The notes beneath the pieces are model-generated. The model was not told where the DNA came from. It saw only the letters and a program-made list of their open reading frames with translations, and made no database searches. Position numbers and translations under genes: made by a program. A DNA stretch of 63,683 bases, taken from a virus. The stretch lies in IMG/VR virus record IMGVR_UViG_3300045988_129598; one strand, 5' to 3'. Below are positions 49,430 to 56,662 of this stretch, piece after piece; the first letter of the stretch is position 1; each line of letters starts with the position of its first letter.

Positions 49430-49690
49430 TCATTCCTCCGTCAGTTTGTATTCCATACTCGTGATAAAGCGCACAGTCGGCTGATCTTTTCGGAACATTC
49501 CTTTCTGGGTACTGTATACTCGGTCTCCGCATTCAGGACAGTTACAGGATGCCATCGGTTTGCCGCATTGAACGTTGAACTCTTCCACAAAATCATAGCA
49601 GCCGTCGAATTGAGACGCATAGAAAAGTGTTCCGCAGTTGATGCAGTGAAACAAATACTCGCTGAGATACTTGTGGGAATCCGTTTTCAT
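49430..49690 (-). CDS. zinc-ribbon protein
   Basis: CINCG...CNCPECG motifs. RBS GGAGGAA. Confidence 0.55.
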   Translation of the reverse strand: MKTDSHKYLSEYLFHCINCGTLFYASQFDGCYDFVEEFNVQCGKPMASCNCPECGDRVYSTQKGMFRKDQPTVRFITSMEYKLTEE

Positions 49691-49694
49691 ATGC

Positions 49695-50315
49695 TTATTC
49701 CTCCACTTTAATATCGTCGAAGATAACCGGAATCGTCTCCTGAAGTTCTTCCAGCAGCGGAATCATCAGCGCTCGCATCTGAGGATGAGCGCCCTTAGCC
49801 GTTCTGAGTTTGAGAATATGTCGCCATTCAGCATAGTTCGTTGTCATCACCAGTTTTGTAGCGAGACATAAGGGGAGAACGCAGCGAGCATCTTCGGGTT
49901 TGAGGCCATTTGTGAGAAGCGCCTTATAATAACGTTCCGCCATGTTACAGGTACTCAGCCATAAGTTAGACCCGAACATGCAATCACTCACCCATTCTGG
50001 TTTCACGAAAGCTAATTCATTGCCGAACTTATTCTTGCTATAATTACAATATCTTGTAGACTCCTGAGCGAAGCTGCACAACCTGTGGCGTTCCAGCTCA
50101 TTCGCAATAGCTCGGTCCGTTGTGAATTCGACGCTCAAGGCAGAGTGCTCGAGCATAGCAGTGTGATCACGAGCTACCAGCAGATCTTTGATCAGTTTGT
50201 CACTTGATCCGCCGTCGGTGATTTTGTCTTCGCTGCGATAGCACGTTCGGGCAGCTTTTTCGATGACGTCACCGGGATTCCAGAGAATACGATAAGATTG
50301 CTCAATGATTTTCAT
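49695..50315 (-). CDS. thyX: FAD-dependent thymidylate synthase ThyX
   Basis: ThyX signature RHRLCSFAQESTRY (RHR-x7-S-x-R-Y). 206 aa. Confidence 0.9.
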   Translation of the reverse strand: MKIIEQSYRILWNPGDVIEKAARTCYRSEDKITDGGSSDKLIKDLLVARDHTAMLEHSALSVEFTTDRAIANELERHRLCSFAQESTRYCNYSKNKFGNELAFVKPEWVSDCMFGSNLWLSTCNMAERYYKALLTNGLKPEDARCVLPLCLATKLVMTTNYAEWRHILKLRTAKGAHPQMRALMIPLLEELQETIPVIFDDIKVEE

Positions 50316-50653
50316 TTAAACACCTCGCCAAGCATAGACTTGATACCCACATAATCGATAATCGCTTCAGACTCGGACCGCGTAAGTAGAGCATATCCTT
50401 TTACATTTAGGATCAGTTTTACATCATCGATGCTCATTTCCTCAATAAGTTCCTTAAGCATTTTTTGCTTATTGAATCGTTCTTTGCTCGACTTGATATA
50501 AGGATCATAATCATCGATGATAGCTTTCTTTCTGCAATTATATTCTGCCTCAATCTTAGCGAGTTCCACTTGCATTGTGGTACGAAGTTCACCTTCAGTC
50601 ATACTAGACAGCTTCTCATGGGAAATAGCGATAACATGTGCATCTTTATTCAT
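50312..50653 (-). CDS. hypothetical protein
   Basis: 113-aa ORF overlapping neighbours by 4 nt on both sides. Confidence 0.55.
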   Translation of the reverse strand: MNKDAHVIAISHEKLSSMTEGELRTTMQVELAKIEAEYNCRKKAIIDDYDPYIKSSKERFNKQKMLKELIEEMSIDDVKLILNVKGYALLTRSESEAIIDYVGIKSMLGEVFK

Positions 50654-50991
50654 TTCGAGTTATCTCCATTCTTTTTATTCAGAATCTCATCAAAATAGAT
50701 TGTGAACACAGCGATCACATCTTCTTCCGGCATTCGGCGAATCATCAGAGCAAGCGCTCTTTTATCAACTTCTTTTTCTTTTCGGATGTCCGCTTTTCTA
50801 ATATAAGGTTTGAAAGCATTATAAAGGGCATCTTTTCGTTCGGAAAACTCATCTTGAAGTTTAAGGAACATCCTGTCTCGAATTTTGCACAGATCATCCA
50901 CAGACAAGTTATCAAAGTCTTCTCGAGAATATCCCTGTCCATCAATAAAGATTTGTTCTCCATTGCATACTTCAATAATAATCGAATTCAT
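50650..50991 (-). CDS. hypothetical protein
   Basis: ATG at 50991 overlaps the upstream stop (TAATG). Confidence 0.5.
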   Translation of the reverse strand: MNSIIIEVCNGEQIFIDGQGYSREDFDNLSVDDLCKIRDRMFLKLQDEFSERKDALYNAFKPYIRKADIRKEKEVDKRALALMIRRMPEEDVIAVFTIYFDEILNKKNGDNSK

Positions 50992-51197
50992 TACCACTCA
51001 ACTTCCTTTCCGAGCAGCACCTGCTCACACGCCATCTGAATTGAAATATCACGAGAAATCCCCTCGTCCAGCCAGCGCGAGGTCAAAGCAATCGCTTCCT
51101 TAATATATTGCTTATCCTCAACACTCTCCGGATCGAGGGGAACATGATTCAGTTTTGCCCATTTGCAAATGTCTTTTGTTTTAACTGGTTTGGCCAT
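50991..51197 (-). CDS. hypothetical protein
   Basis: ATG at 51197 follows AAGAGG. Confidence 0.45.
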   Translation of the reverse strand: MAKPVKTKDICKWAKLNHVPLDPESVEDKQYIKEAIALTSRWLDEGISRDISIQMACEQVLLGKEVEW

Positions 51198-51417
51198 CGG
51201 CATGCCTCTTATCATATTCGATTAAATCGCGAAAATCAGTCTCTCTGGGATTGATCGCCATGAACTTCTTAAAGTCCGTCGCGCATGTGCAACAAAGGTC
51301 TAGCTCCTCTCTTATTAGGCCGCATACCCCTGATGTGCTAATATGGAAATTATTTTCTGCCGCAATACCTAATGTTTCATATATGCGACCGCATCGATCA
51401 CATTTGGTCACCGTCAT
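51181..51417 (-). CDS. zinc-ribbon hypothetical protein
   Basis: CDRCG...CCTC motifs. RBS GAAGGAGG. Confidence 0.5.
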   Translation of the reverse strand: MTVTKCDRCGRIYETLGIAAENNFHISTSGVCGLIREELDLCCTCATDFKKFMAINPRETDFRDLIEYDKRHADGQTS

Positions 51418-51628
51418 CTTTTTGGTCCTCCTTCAGCTCATCCCAGCCAGCAGCCCAACCGGGATAATTACGACTGAAACGCTTTGCATTGCGAGTAAAA
51501 AGTGCAAAAAACCCTCCTCCAAGCATCAAAGTAATACCTCCAACCGCAAGAGCACCTAATCCTGCTCCATAAAAAGCTCCAACGTTCATTGCCTTAGCAA
51601 CCATTTTGGTGAGTTCCTTCTTGTCCAT
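51398..51628 (-). CDS. Gly-rich membrane protein
   Basis: GAFYGAGLGALAVGGITLMLGGGFFALF. RBS GAAGGAGG. Confidence 0.55.
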   Translation of the reverse strand: MDKKELTKMVAKAMNVGAFYGAGLGALAVGGITLMLGGGFFALFTRNAKRFSRNYPGWAAGWDELKEDQKDDGDQM

Positions 51629-51630
51629 AT

Positions 51631-51942
51631 TTAGTCCTCCTTCTTGCTCGGATACTTTTCTTCCAGTTCATCGATCCCGTTGCCGAGATAGCAAGCTTTA
51701 TAATCAAGCCCGCGTTCGAAGCAATCCATGCAGACCAGTGCATACTCGGCAGCTCGTTTAAGTTCTTCTTCAGTAGCGCCCATTTTAGACATACGTTCAA
51801 ATAAATGGATAGCCCTACCAATGAGAATCTTGTGATAGTGCTCGGTCATCATTTCAATGTGGCCAGCCCATTTGTTCCTATAGTCATCAGAGCCAACGAT
51901 ATCAATGATCCTTTGAAGATTCATACTGATCGAAATATTCAT
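51631..51942 (-). CDS. hypothetical protein
   Basis: ATG at 51942 follows AAGGAGG. Confidence 0.5.
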   Translation of the reverse strand: MNISISMNLQRIIDIVGSDDYRNKWAGHIEMMTEHYHKILIGRAIHLFERMSKMGATEEELKRAAEYALVCMDCFERGLDYKACYLGNGIDELEEKYPSKKED

Positions 51943-51955
51943 ACGCGCATCCTCC

Positions 51956-52606
51956 TTACATAGCTTCAACTCTAGGCATCAGAATCCGATATCCGCCGGG
52001 GACAGATTCGTAATTCGGATAGCCACCGCCAAAGGACTTCCAGCCCCATTTACGATCAGTGTACTGACTGGGAACGCCAACAGTGCAATAGAAGTCATCG
52101 ACCGTTACGTACTCATACATCTGCATAAGGTCTTCAAGTTTTCGACAGACACTTTCCGCCTCTTCTCGAGTGCCGACAACGATTTCATCAGGCGTGACTC
52201 GTCTCGGTCGCTCTCCAACGTTTCCCCGTGTGCCATAATCATACATGGAGTTATATGGCATGTTATTATTTCGTACTGTCGTGCTACCTGTCTGGCCTCT
52301 TCCACGGGTTCGCACAGGCTGCCCTGTAAGCAGCGTTGAAACCAGATCGATCACGCTATCCGCAAACATTTTCTTCGCTGATGGAATGAAAATATCAAAG
52401 ACCGCATTCGTCAATCGCTCCTCGATGCTACCGTCAAAGATATTATCCATAATGCGCTGGCCGAGTCCCGGCTTTTTGACTGTTACATTGCCAGTCGTAA
52501 CCGGTTCGACCTTTTTAGGTTCGGCCGGAAGATTAGTCTGCTGATTGTTTTCTTTGGCGGCATTCGAATTATTCGGGTACATAGGAACGCCACGGTTCTC
52601 ACTCAT
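51956..52606 (-). CDS. hypothetical protein with shared ~90-aa C-terminal module
   Basis: ATG at 52606 follows GGAGGAAG. The C-terminus ERPRRVTPDEIVVGTREEAESV...YTDRKWGWKSFGGG...GGYRILMPRVEA is shared with gene 55775..56320. Confidence 0.55.
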   Translation of the reverse strand: MSENRGVPMYPNNSNAAKENNQQTNLPAEPKKVEPVTTGNVTVKKPGLGQRIMDNIFDGSIEERLTNAVFDIFIPSAKKMFADSVIDLVSTLLTGQPVRTRGRGQTGSTTVRNNNMPYNSMYDYGTRGNVGERPRRVTPDEIVVGTREEAESVCRKLEDLMQMYEYVTVDDFYCTVGVPSQYTDRKWGWKSFGGGYPNYESVPGGYRILMPRVEAM

Positions 52607-52859
52607 TCTCTTCCTCCGTTCCGGCAAAGGCGGTCTGGAGAATATTGATCGCATTCGCCGCTTCGTCAACCACATTGTCTGTCGTGGATTGGGTTGCTTC
52701 TGTAATCGCCGCAACGATAGCCAAGCTCGCGATGCTTACGCAAGCCTTCGATAATCCCTTCGAGTTGGGCAGAACCATTTTGATTGCGCCGCAGATGATT
52801 GTCTCGATGCCGATTCCAACCACGAGATTGACGATGCTTTTCACGTCCTCAAGTTTCAT
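52599..52859 (-). CDS. membrane protein
   Basis: 86 aa with two hydrophobic segments. RBS GAAAGGAG. Confidence 0.55.
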   Translation of the reverse strand: MKLEDVKSIVNLVVGIGIETIICGAIKMVLPNSKGLSKACVSIASLAIVAAITEATQSTTDNVVDEAANAINILQTAFAGTEEENE

Positions 52860-52886
52860 TTGGTGCTCTCCTTTCCAATATAAATC

Positions 52887-53126
52887 TCAGTGCTCATGGC
52901 GACCGGGATCGATGTAGTTGTTAATCACGATGGGCGCATTCTTACCAGATGAAATATCTTCTTTTTTTCGCTGACCCATCTCAAATGCAAAAACAACGCC
53001 AAGAATAACGATCTCGATCAAAGGCATGAAATCATCGAGCGTCTTTTTTCCGCTTTCCTTGGCGGTTTCGATCGCGGTCTCAGTGGCCTTAGCCGCGAAT
53101 TTCTGCGCCACCTTCTCAAAGAACAA
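52887..53126 (-). CDS. membrane protein
   Basis: TTG start after GAAAGGAGG. One TM, LIEIVILGVVFAF. Confidence 0.5.
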   Translation of the reverse strand: MFFEKVAQKFAAKATETAIETAKESGKKTLDDFMPLIEIVILGVVFAFEMGQRKKEDISSGKNAPIVINNYIDPGRHEH

Positions 53127-53149
53127 GAATATCCTCCTTTCGTAAACGG

Positions 53150-53192
53150 CGAAAAGAAAGGGAAGATGCTAAGTAATTCTTAACATCCTCCC
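53150..53192 (-). terminator. intrinsic terminator
   Basis: Minus strand GGGAGGATGTTAAG-N6-CTTAGCATCTTCCC (two G-U pairs, minus sense only) followed by TTTCTTTT. Confidence 0.6.
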
Positions 53193-53219
53193 ATTGAGCA
53201 GAATCTCAAATATCATTTG

Positions 53220-53444
53220 TCAGCTGACCGTGTAGTCGTCATCGTTGCTGTCCCCATGATCCTTGCCGCCGAGCAGAGCAGCACCTAATACAGCAGCACC
53301 GACTCCAGCAGCGAACGGAAGTACGCGGTTGCAAATAAAGTTTTTCACACCGGCCTTCGTAGGCTTCTGGATGCGCTGCTTCTTAGTATCCTGAACCTGT
53401 TCGGTCTTGGTTTCCTGAGCAACAGTCTGATTCGTCTTTTCCAT
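53220..53444 (-). CDS. C-terminally TM-anchored small protein
   Basis: 74-aa ORF with RBS TGGAGGA. TM segment LPFAAGVGAAVLGAALLGG. Confidence 0.55.
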   Translation of the reverse strand: MEKTNQTVAQETKTEQVQDTKKQRIQKPTKAGVKNFICNRVLPFAAGVGAAVLGAALLGGKDHGDSNDDDYTVS

Positions 53445-53487
53445 AAGTTAAATCCTCCAATAAATTTTATTTAAGAGTTTCCTCTCT

Positions 53488-53512
53488 ACTATAAGCCTTG
53501 CAATTTTCGCGA
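53488..53512 (-). promoter_or_regulatory. TCGCG-N14-TATAGT motif copy
   Basis: Minus strand TCTCGCGAAAATTGCAAGGCT-TATAGT-AGAGAGG upstream of gene 53220..53444. Confidence 0.45.
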
Positions 53513-53513
53513 G

Positions 53514-53547
53514 AGAAAAATATAAGAGCCCACGTTTCCATAGACTC
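53514..53547 (-). terminator. intrinsic terminator
   Basis: Minus strand GAGTCTAT-GGAAAC-GTGGGCTC (three G-U pairs, minus sense only) followed by TTATATTTTT. Confidence 0.55.
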
Positions 53548-53561
53548 TCATACAGGATAGA

Positions 53562-53723
53562 TTAGTCGATTCTCTCATAAGTTCGAGGATCAAATTTTAC
53601 ACTGCAATTTTTAAAAAGGAATTTCGTTGCCCGGCTTTTTGGAAATGCTATTGTTATAATACTAGTCAACATATCCACAACACCAATAATAGCAAAGAAT
53701 CCGATAATAATTTTAGCGATCAT
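53562..53723 (-). CDS. 53-aa membrane micro-protein
   Basis: Below track cutoff. TTGAAAGGAG lies 8 nt before ATG. Product MIAKIIIGFFAIIGVVDMLTSIITIAF... Has its own motif copy upstream and a terminator downstream. Confidence 0.5.
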   Translation of the reverse strand: MIAKIIIGFFAIIGVVDMLTSIITIAFPKSRATKFLFKNCSVKFDPRTYERID

Positions 53724-53760
53724 AAATCATTTCTCCTTTCAAGTGTAGACTAATCCGTCT

Positions 53761-53785
53761 ATTATACGCTTTGCATTTTTTGCGA
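53761..53785 (-). promoter_or_regulatory. TCGCA-N14-TATAAT motif copy
   Basis: Minus strand CTTCGCAAAAAATGCAAAGCG-TATAAT-AGACGG overlaps the 3' end of gene 53762..54133. Confidence 0.45.
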
Positions 53786-54133
53786 AGTACACGAACTTGT
53801 AGGAACATATACCTCATCAAAGAAGCTCAACAGAATATTAAGAATCCCTTTTTTATAAGTTTCGAAATGCCGGGCAGCCAAGCCATCTGTTACACCGTCA
53901 TCTTTGCTGCTGAGGAATACAGCGATCGTATGCTCGTTATCGGCAATACCAATGTAGAAGAGGCTATTCGCCAGCAGAACATGGGAATCTCGACGAATCC
54001 ACTTATTCTGTTTATGAAAAAAGGGAAATCGTTCTTCGATCTCTCGAAACGCTTCTTCCAGAATATCAGGTTCATATTCAACGTACCATTGGGCAGCATA
54101 ATCGCCCGAAGCATAGTAATTACCTCGTCCCAT
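53762..54133 (-). CDS. hypothetical protein
   Basis: ATG at 54133 follows GGGAGG. The upstream part of the track ORF overlaps gene 54187..54381. Confidence 0.5.
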   Translation of the reverse strand: MGRGNYYASGDYAAQWYVEYEPDILEEAFREIEERFPFFHKQNKWIRRDSHVLLANSLFYIGIADNEHTIAVFLSSKDDGVTDGLAARHFETYKKGILNILLSFFDEVYVPTSSCTSQKMQSV

Positions 54134-54186
54134 AACGCCTCCCGAAAAACGAAAGAGGCCGTGAAGACCTCCTTCTGTCGATAGGT

Positions 54187-54381
54187 TTAGAACATTGCTG
54201 GATAGAGCGCAATCATTCCCCACAGGATCACATTGATGAGCAGCGTCCCGATCAGTGCTCCGACATTGGCACCCATCCAGAAATAATTCTTTTCTTTTTG
54301 CGTGCAAGTCAGGTCGTTCTCATCAGCTTCCCTTTCCCTGTAGAAGAATTTGTAAAGTTTCTCCATCATGGCAAACACCAT
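54187..54381 (-). CDS. small membrane protein
   Basis: 64 aa with C-terminal TM pair GANVGALIGTLLINVILWGMIALY. Confidence 0.5.
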   Translation of the reverse strand: MVFAMMEKLYKFFYREREADENDLTCTQKEKNYFWMGANVGALIGTLLINVILWGMIALYPAMF

Positions 54382-54400
54382 CCTTTCATTATAGGTCGTG

Positions 54401-54925
54401 TTATTTCAGCGAGCCGTAAAGGACTAGGCTACCTGCTTCGAAGGATTTTCGCACATCAATAATGCGCTGATTTGAGCTACCACGCCACAAAAGCGAAATA
54501 TCTTTCTTTTCTTCGATAAACGGACCATCTACGAGGACGTCAATGTCCCTCAGTAGCATGTGCATACGACCGTGATCGCAATCATCCATTAGCTCTTCCC
54601 ATGTATACCCAGTCCAGCACCAAATATCCTGCGTAGGCGACTGTCTATGCTTTTTAATGTCATGCGCTATAACGCAAAGCATAGGTTCGTTTTCTTTCTC
54701 GAAAGGTTCTCCTCCAAGAAAGCTGAATCCGTCGTAATTTTGAGATTTCGAATAGGCTATGATGGCGTCCAGCATTCCATCGGTGACCGGCTGCCCATAC
54801 TCAAAATCCTGCGCTTCTGGGTTAAAACATCCGGGGCATCGCCTTCTGCACCCGCTGACCCAAATGCTCATCCGGATTCCCGGTCCATTAGCAACATCAT
54901 AGGGAACGATCTTTGCGATTTTCAT
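54401..54925 (-). CDS. nrdG: anaerobic ribonucleotide reductase activating protein
   Basis: N-terminus VANGPGIRMSIWVSGCRRRCPGCFN (radical-SAM Cys cluster of the NrdG type). 174 aa. Confidence 0.9.
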   Translation of the reverse strand: MKIAKIVPYDVANGPGIRMSIWVSGCRRRCPGCFNPEAQDFEYGQPVTDGMLDAIIAYSKSQNYDGFSFLGGEPFEKENEPMLCVIAHDIKKHRQSPTQDIWCWTGYTWEELMDDCDHGRMHMLLRDIDVLVDGPFIEEKKDISLLWRGSSNQRIIDVRKSFEAGSLVLYGSLK

Positions 54926-55707
54926 TCTACACCGCTTTCCGCCAGCTCAACCGGCATACCGTCTTTATACACGCCATCTGTATACCATCCATCGAGAAAT
55001 TCCGCACTCGGCTCAATATCATAGGTGATCTGGTAGAGACTCTTACCATTCACGTCAACATCCAGCAATTCATGCGAAATATCAATCCAACAGAATCCTT
55101 CCGTGACCGACCATCCGATCATTTGGGATTCCGGTGTTATCGGGATTCCCAAGAAATATAAGAATTCGCTTAAAGAGGCATATCCGCGCAATACAAAGTT
55201 TCGGTTAAAATGGTACTCGGCATCCATGATTTCCCGCTCATACCTCTCAAATGTCTGATGGGTCATGGGCTCGACAAACATAAATTTCCCATCTGGGCAA
55301 TCCAATGCTTGACGATGATACCCCGGATCATTCCTTGTAATCTCCGCCCGAACCTCTTTATCGAATTCTATGCCTTTTTTCTCAATGACTTTCGCTCGAT
55401 AATCGGAATATGTCTTAGTTGCTCCAGCGTACAGTGCAGCCATGGCAGCAGTCTGTTTCGCACTTATCGCATTACCACTCATAATGCATCCAATCGTCAC
55501 GCCAGCAGTAACAGCGGTCGGAATATAAGTCTTGGCGATGTCGAGTCCTGTTGGGTCAAGCCCGTCGGCATACATGTCCGCCACATCCATCGTTGCTTTT
55601 GCGCTGGCTACGGCTGTTCCGATCACACCGACGCTACCGAGCACACTCAAGATCGTAGGGGCATGCCGTTTGGTGAAGCGGACCAGATTCCAAAACGTTT
55701 TAGACAT
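54922..55707 (-). CDS. two-TM paralogue family member 2
   Basis: RBS TTGAAAGGAG. The N-terminal basic segment, TM1, A-x-x-A-T motif, TM2 and Y-R-x-K-V-I-E region are shared with 46652..47623 and 59654..60418. Confidence 0.6.
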   Translation of the reverse strand: MSKTFWNLVRFTKRHAPTILSVLGSVGVIGTAVASAKATMDVADMYADGLDPTGLDIAKTYIPTAVTAGVTIGCIMSGNAISAKQTAAMAALYAGATKTYSDYRAKVIEKKGIEFDKEVRAEITRNDPGYHRQALDCPDGKFMFVEPMTHQTFERYEREIMDAEYHFNRNFVLRGYASLSEFLYFLGIPITPESQMIGWSVTEGFCWIDISHELLDVDVNGKSLYQITYDIEPSAEFLDGWYTDGVYKDGMPVELAESGVE

Positions 55708-55774
55708 AGAAGCTCTCCTTTCAAAATGTGGCTTAAAATTACTCGCTTACGTCAAAATCACTATGAAGTTCTGG

Positions 55775-56320
55775 TCAATCCCAAACTGACGCCGACACAG
55801 CTTCAATTCTAGGCATTAGAATTCGATATCCACCAGGAACAGATTCATAGCTTGGACAGCCGTCACCGAAAGACTTCCAGCCCCACTTTCGGTCAGTGTA
55901 CTGACTGTGAACGCCAACGATACAATGGAAGTCATCGACTGTCACGTACCCATACCTCTGCATAGTATCCTTAAGTGCTTGGCAGACGCTCTCCGCTTCT
56001 TCTCGAGTATTGACGATGATTTCATTGGGCGTAACTCGTCTCGGACGCTCTTCGACGTCTCTCCGCGTATCATAATCGCACCTGCAATGATTCAATTTGG
56101 TATACGCGTCAAAATACATCGCCTGTGCATCTCCATCATAGGTAACCTCGAACATAAGTTCGTCCGGTGTCGGTGCGGCGAGAATAATTTTATGGTTTTG
56201 GAGCGTCTTGCATTGCCATATAACGAAAATATCCGTCCATTCGATAGGCTTTTGATGATACTCGGCAAGATAGTCAGCAACCTTTTTCTTCGCTTCAACC
56301 ATAAAATCGTAACTAGTCAT
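55775..56320 (-). CDS. hypothetical protein with shared ~90-aa C-terminal module
   Basis: ATG at 56320 follows AAAGGAGGG. The C-terminus is alignable with gene 51956..52606 (nucleotides 55801-56072 versus 51964-52235). Confidence 0.55.
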   Translation of the reverse strand: MTSYDFMVEAKKKVADYLAEYHQKPIEWTDIFVIWQCKTLQNHKIILAAPTPDELMFEVTYDGDAQAMYFDAYTKLNHCRCDYDTRRDVEERPRRVTPNEIIVNTREEAESVCQALKDTMQRYGYVTVDDFHCIVGVHSQYTDRKWGWKSFGDGCPSYESVPGGYRILMPRIEAVSASVWD

Positions 56321-56662
56321 GTTTTTATACCCTCCTTTTAAATATGGCTTTTTATAAATCACTTATGCATGCGATAACGCCGATGAGCCATGCGATGACG
56401 AATGAAGTAACGAATATTACAGGATCAAACTTCATGAATATGTCACCTCACAGTTTTAATTTTGGAATCGTTATTTTGAATAACAAGAACATTGTCGCCA
56501 TCAAAGTCTGATCCATAGTCCAGCGACCATTCCAAATATACAACCAGCAAGATATGCTACCATAACGACTACTTCCAAAGTAGTATCGTCAATCATCACT
56601 AAAAATCGCCTCCCAAATCGCCATACATATCCATGCTAAAACAAATGCCTCAATCCAGTTCA

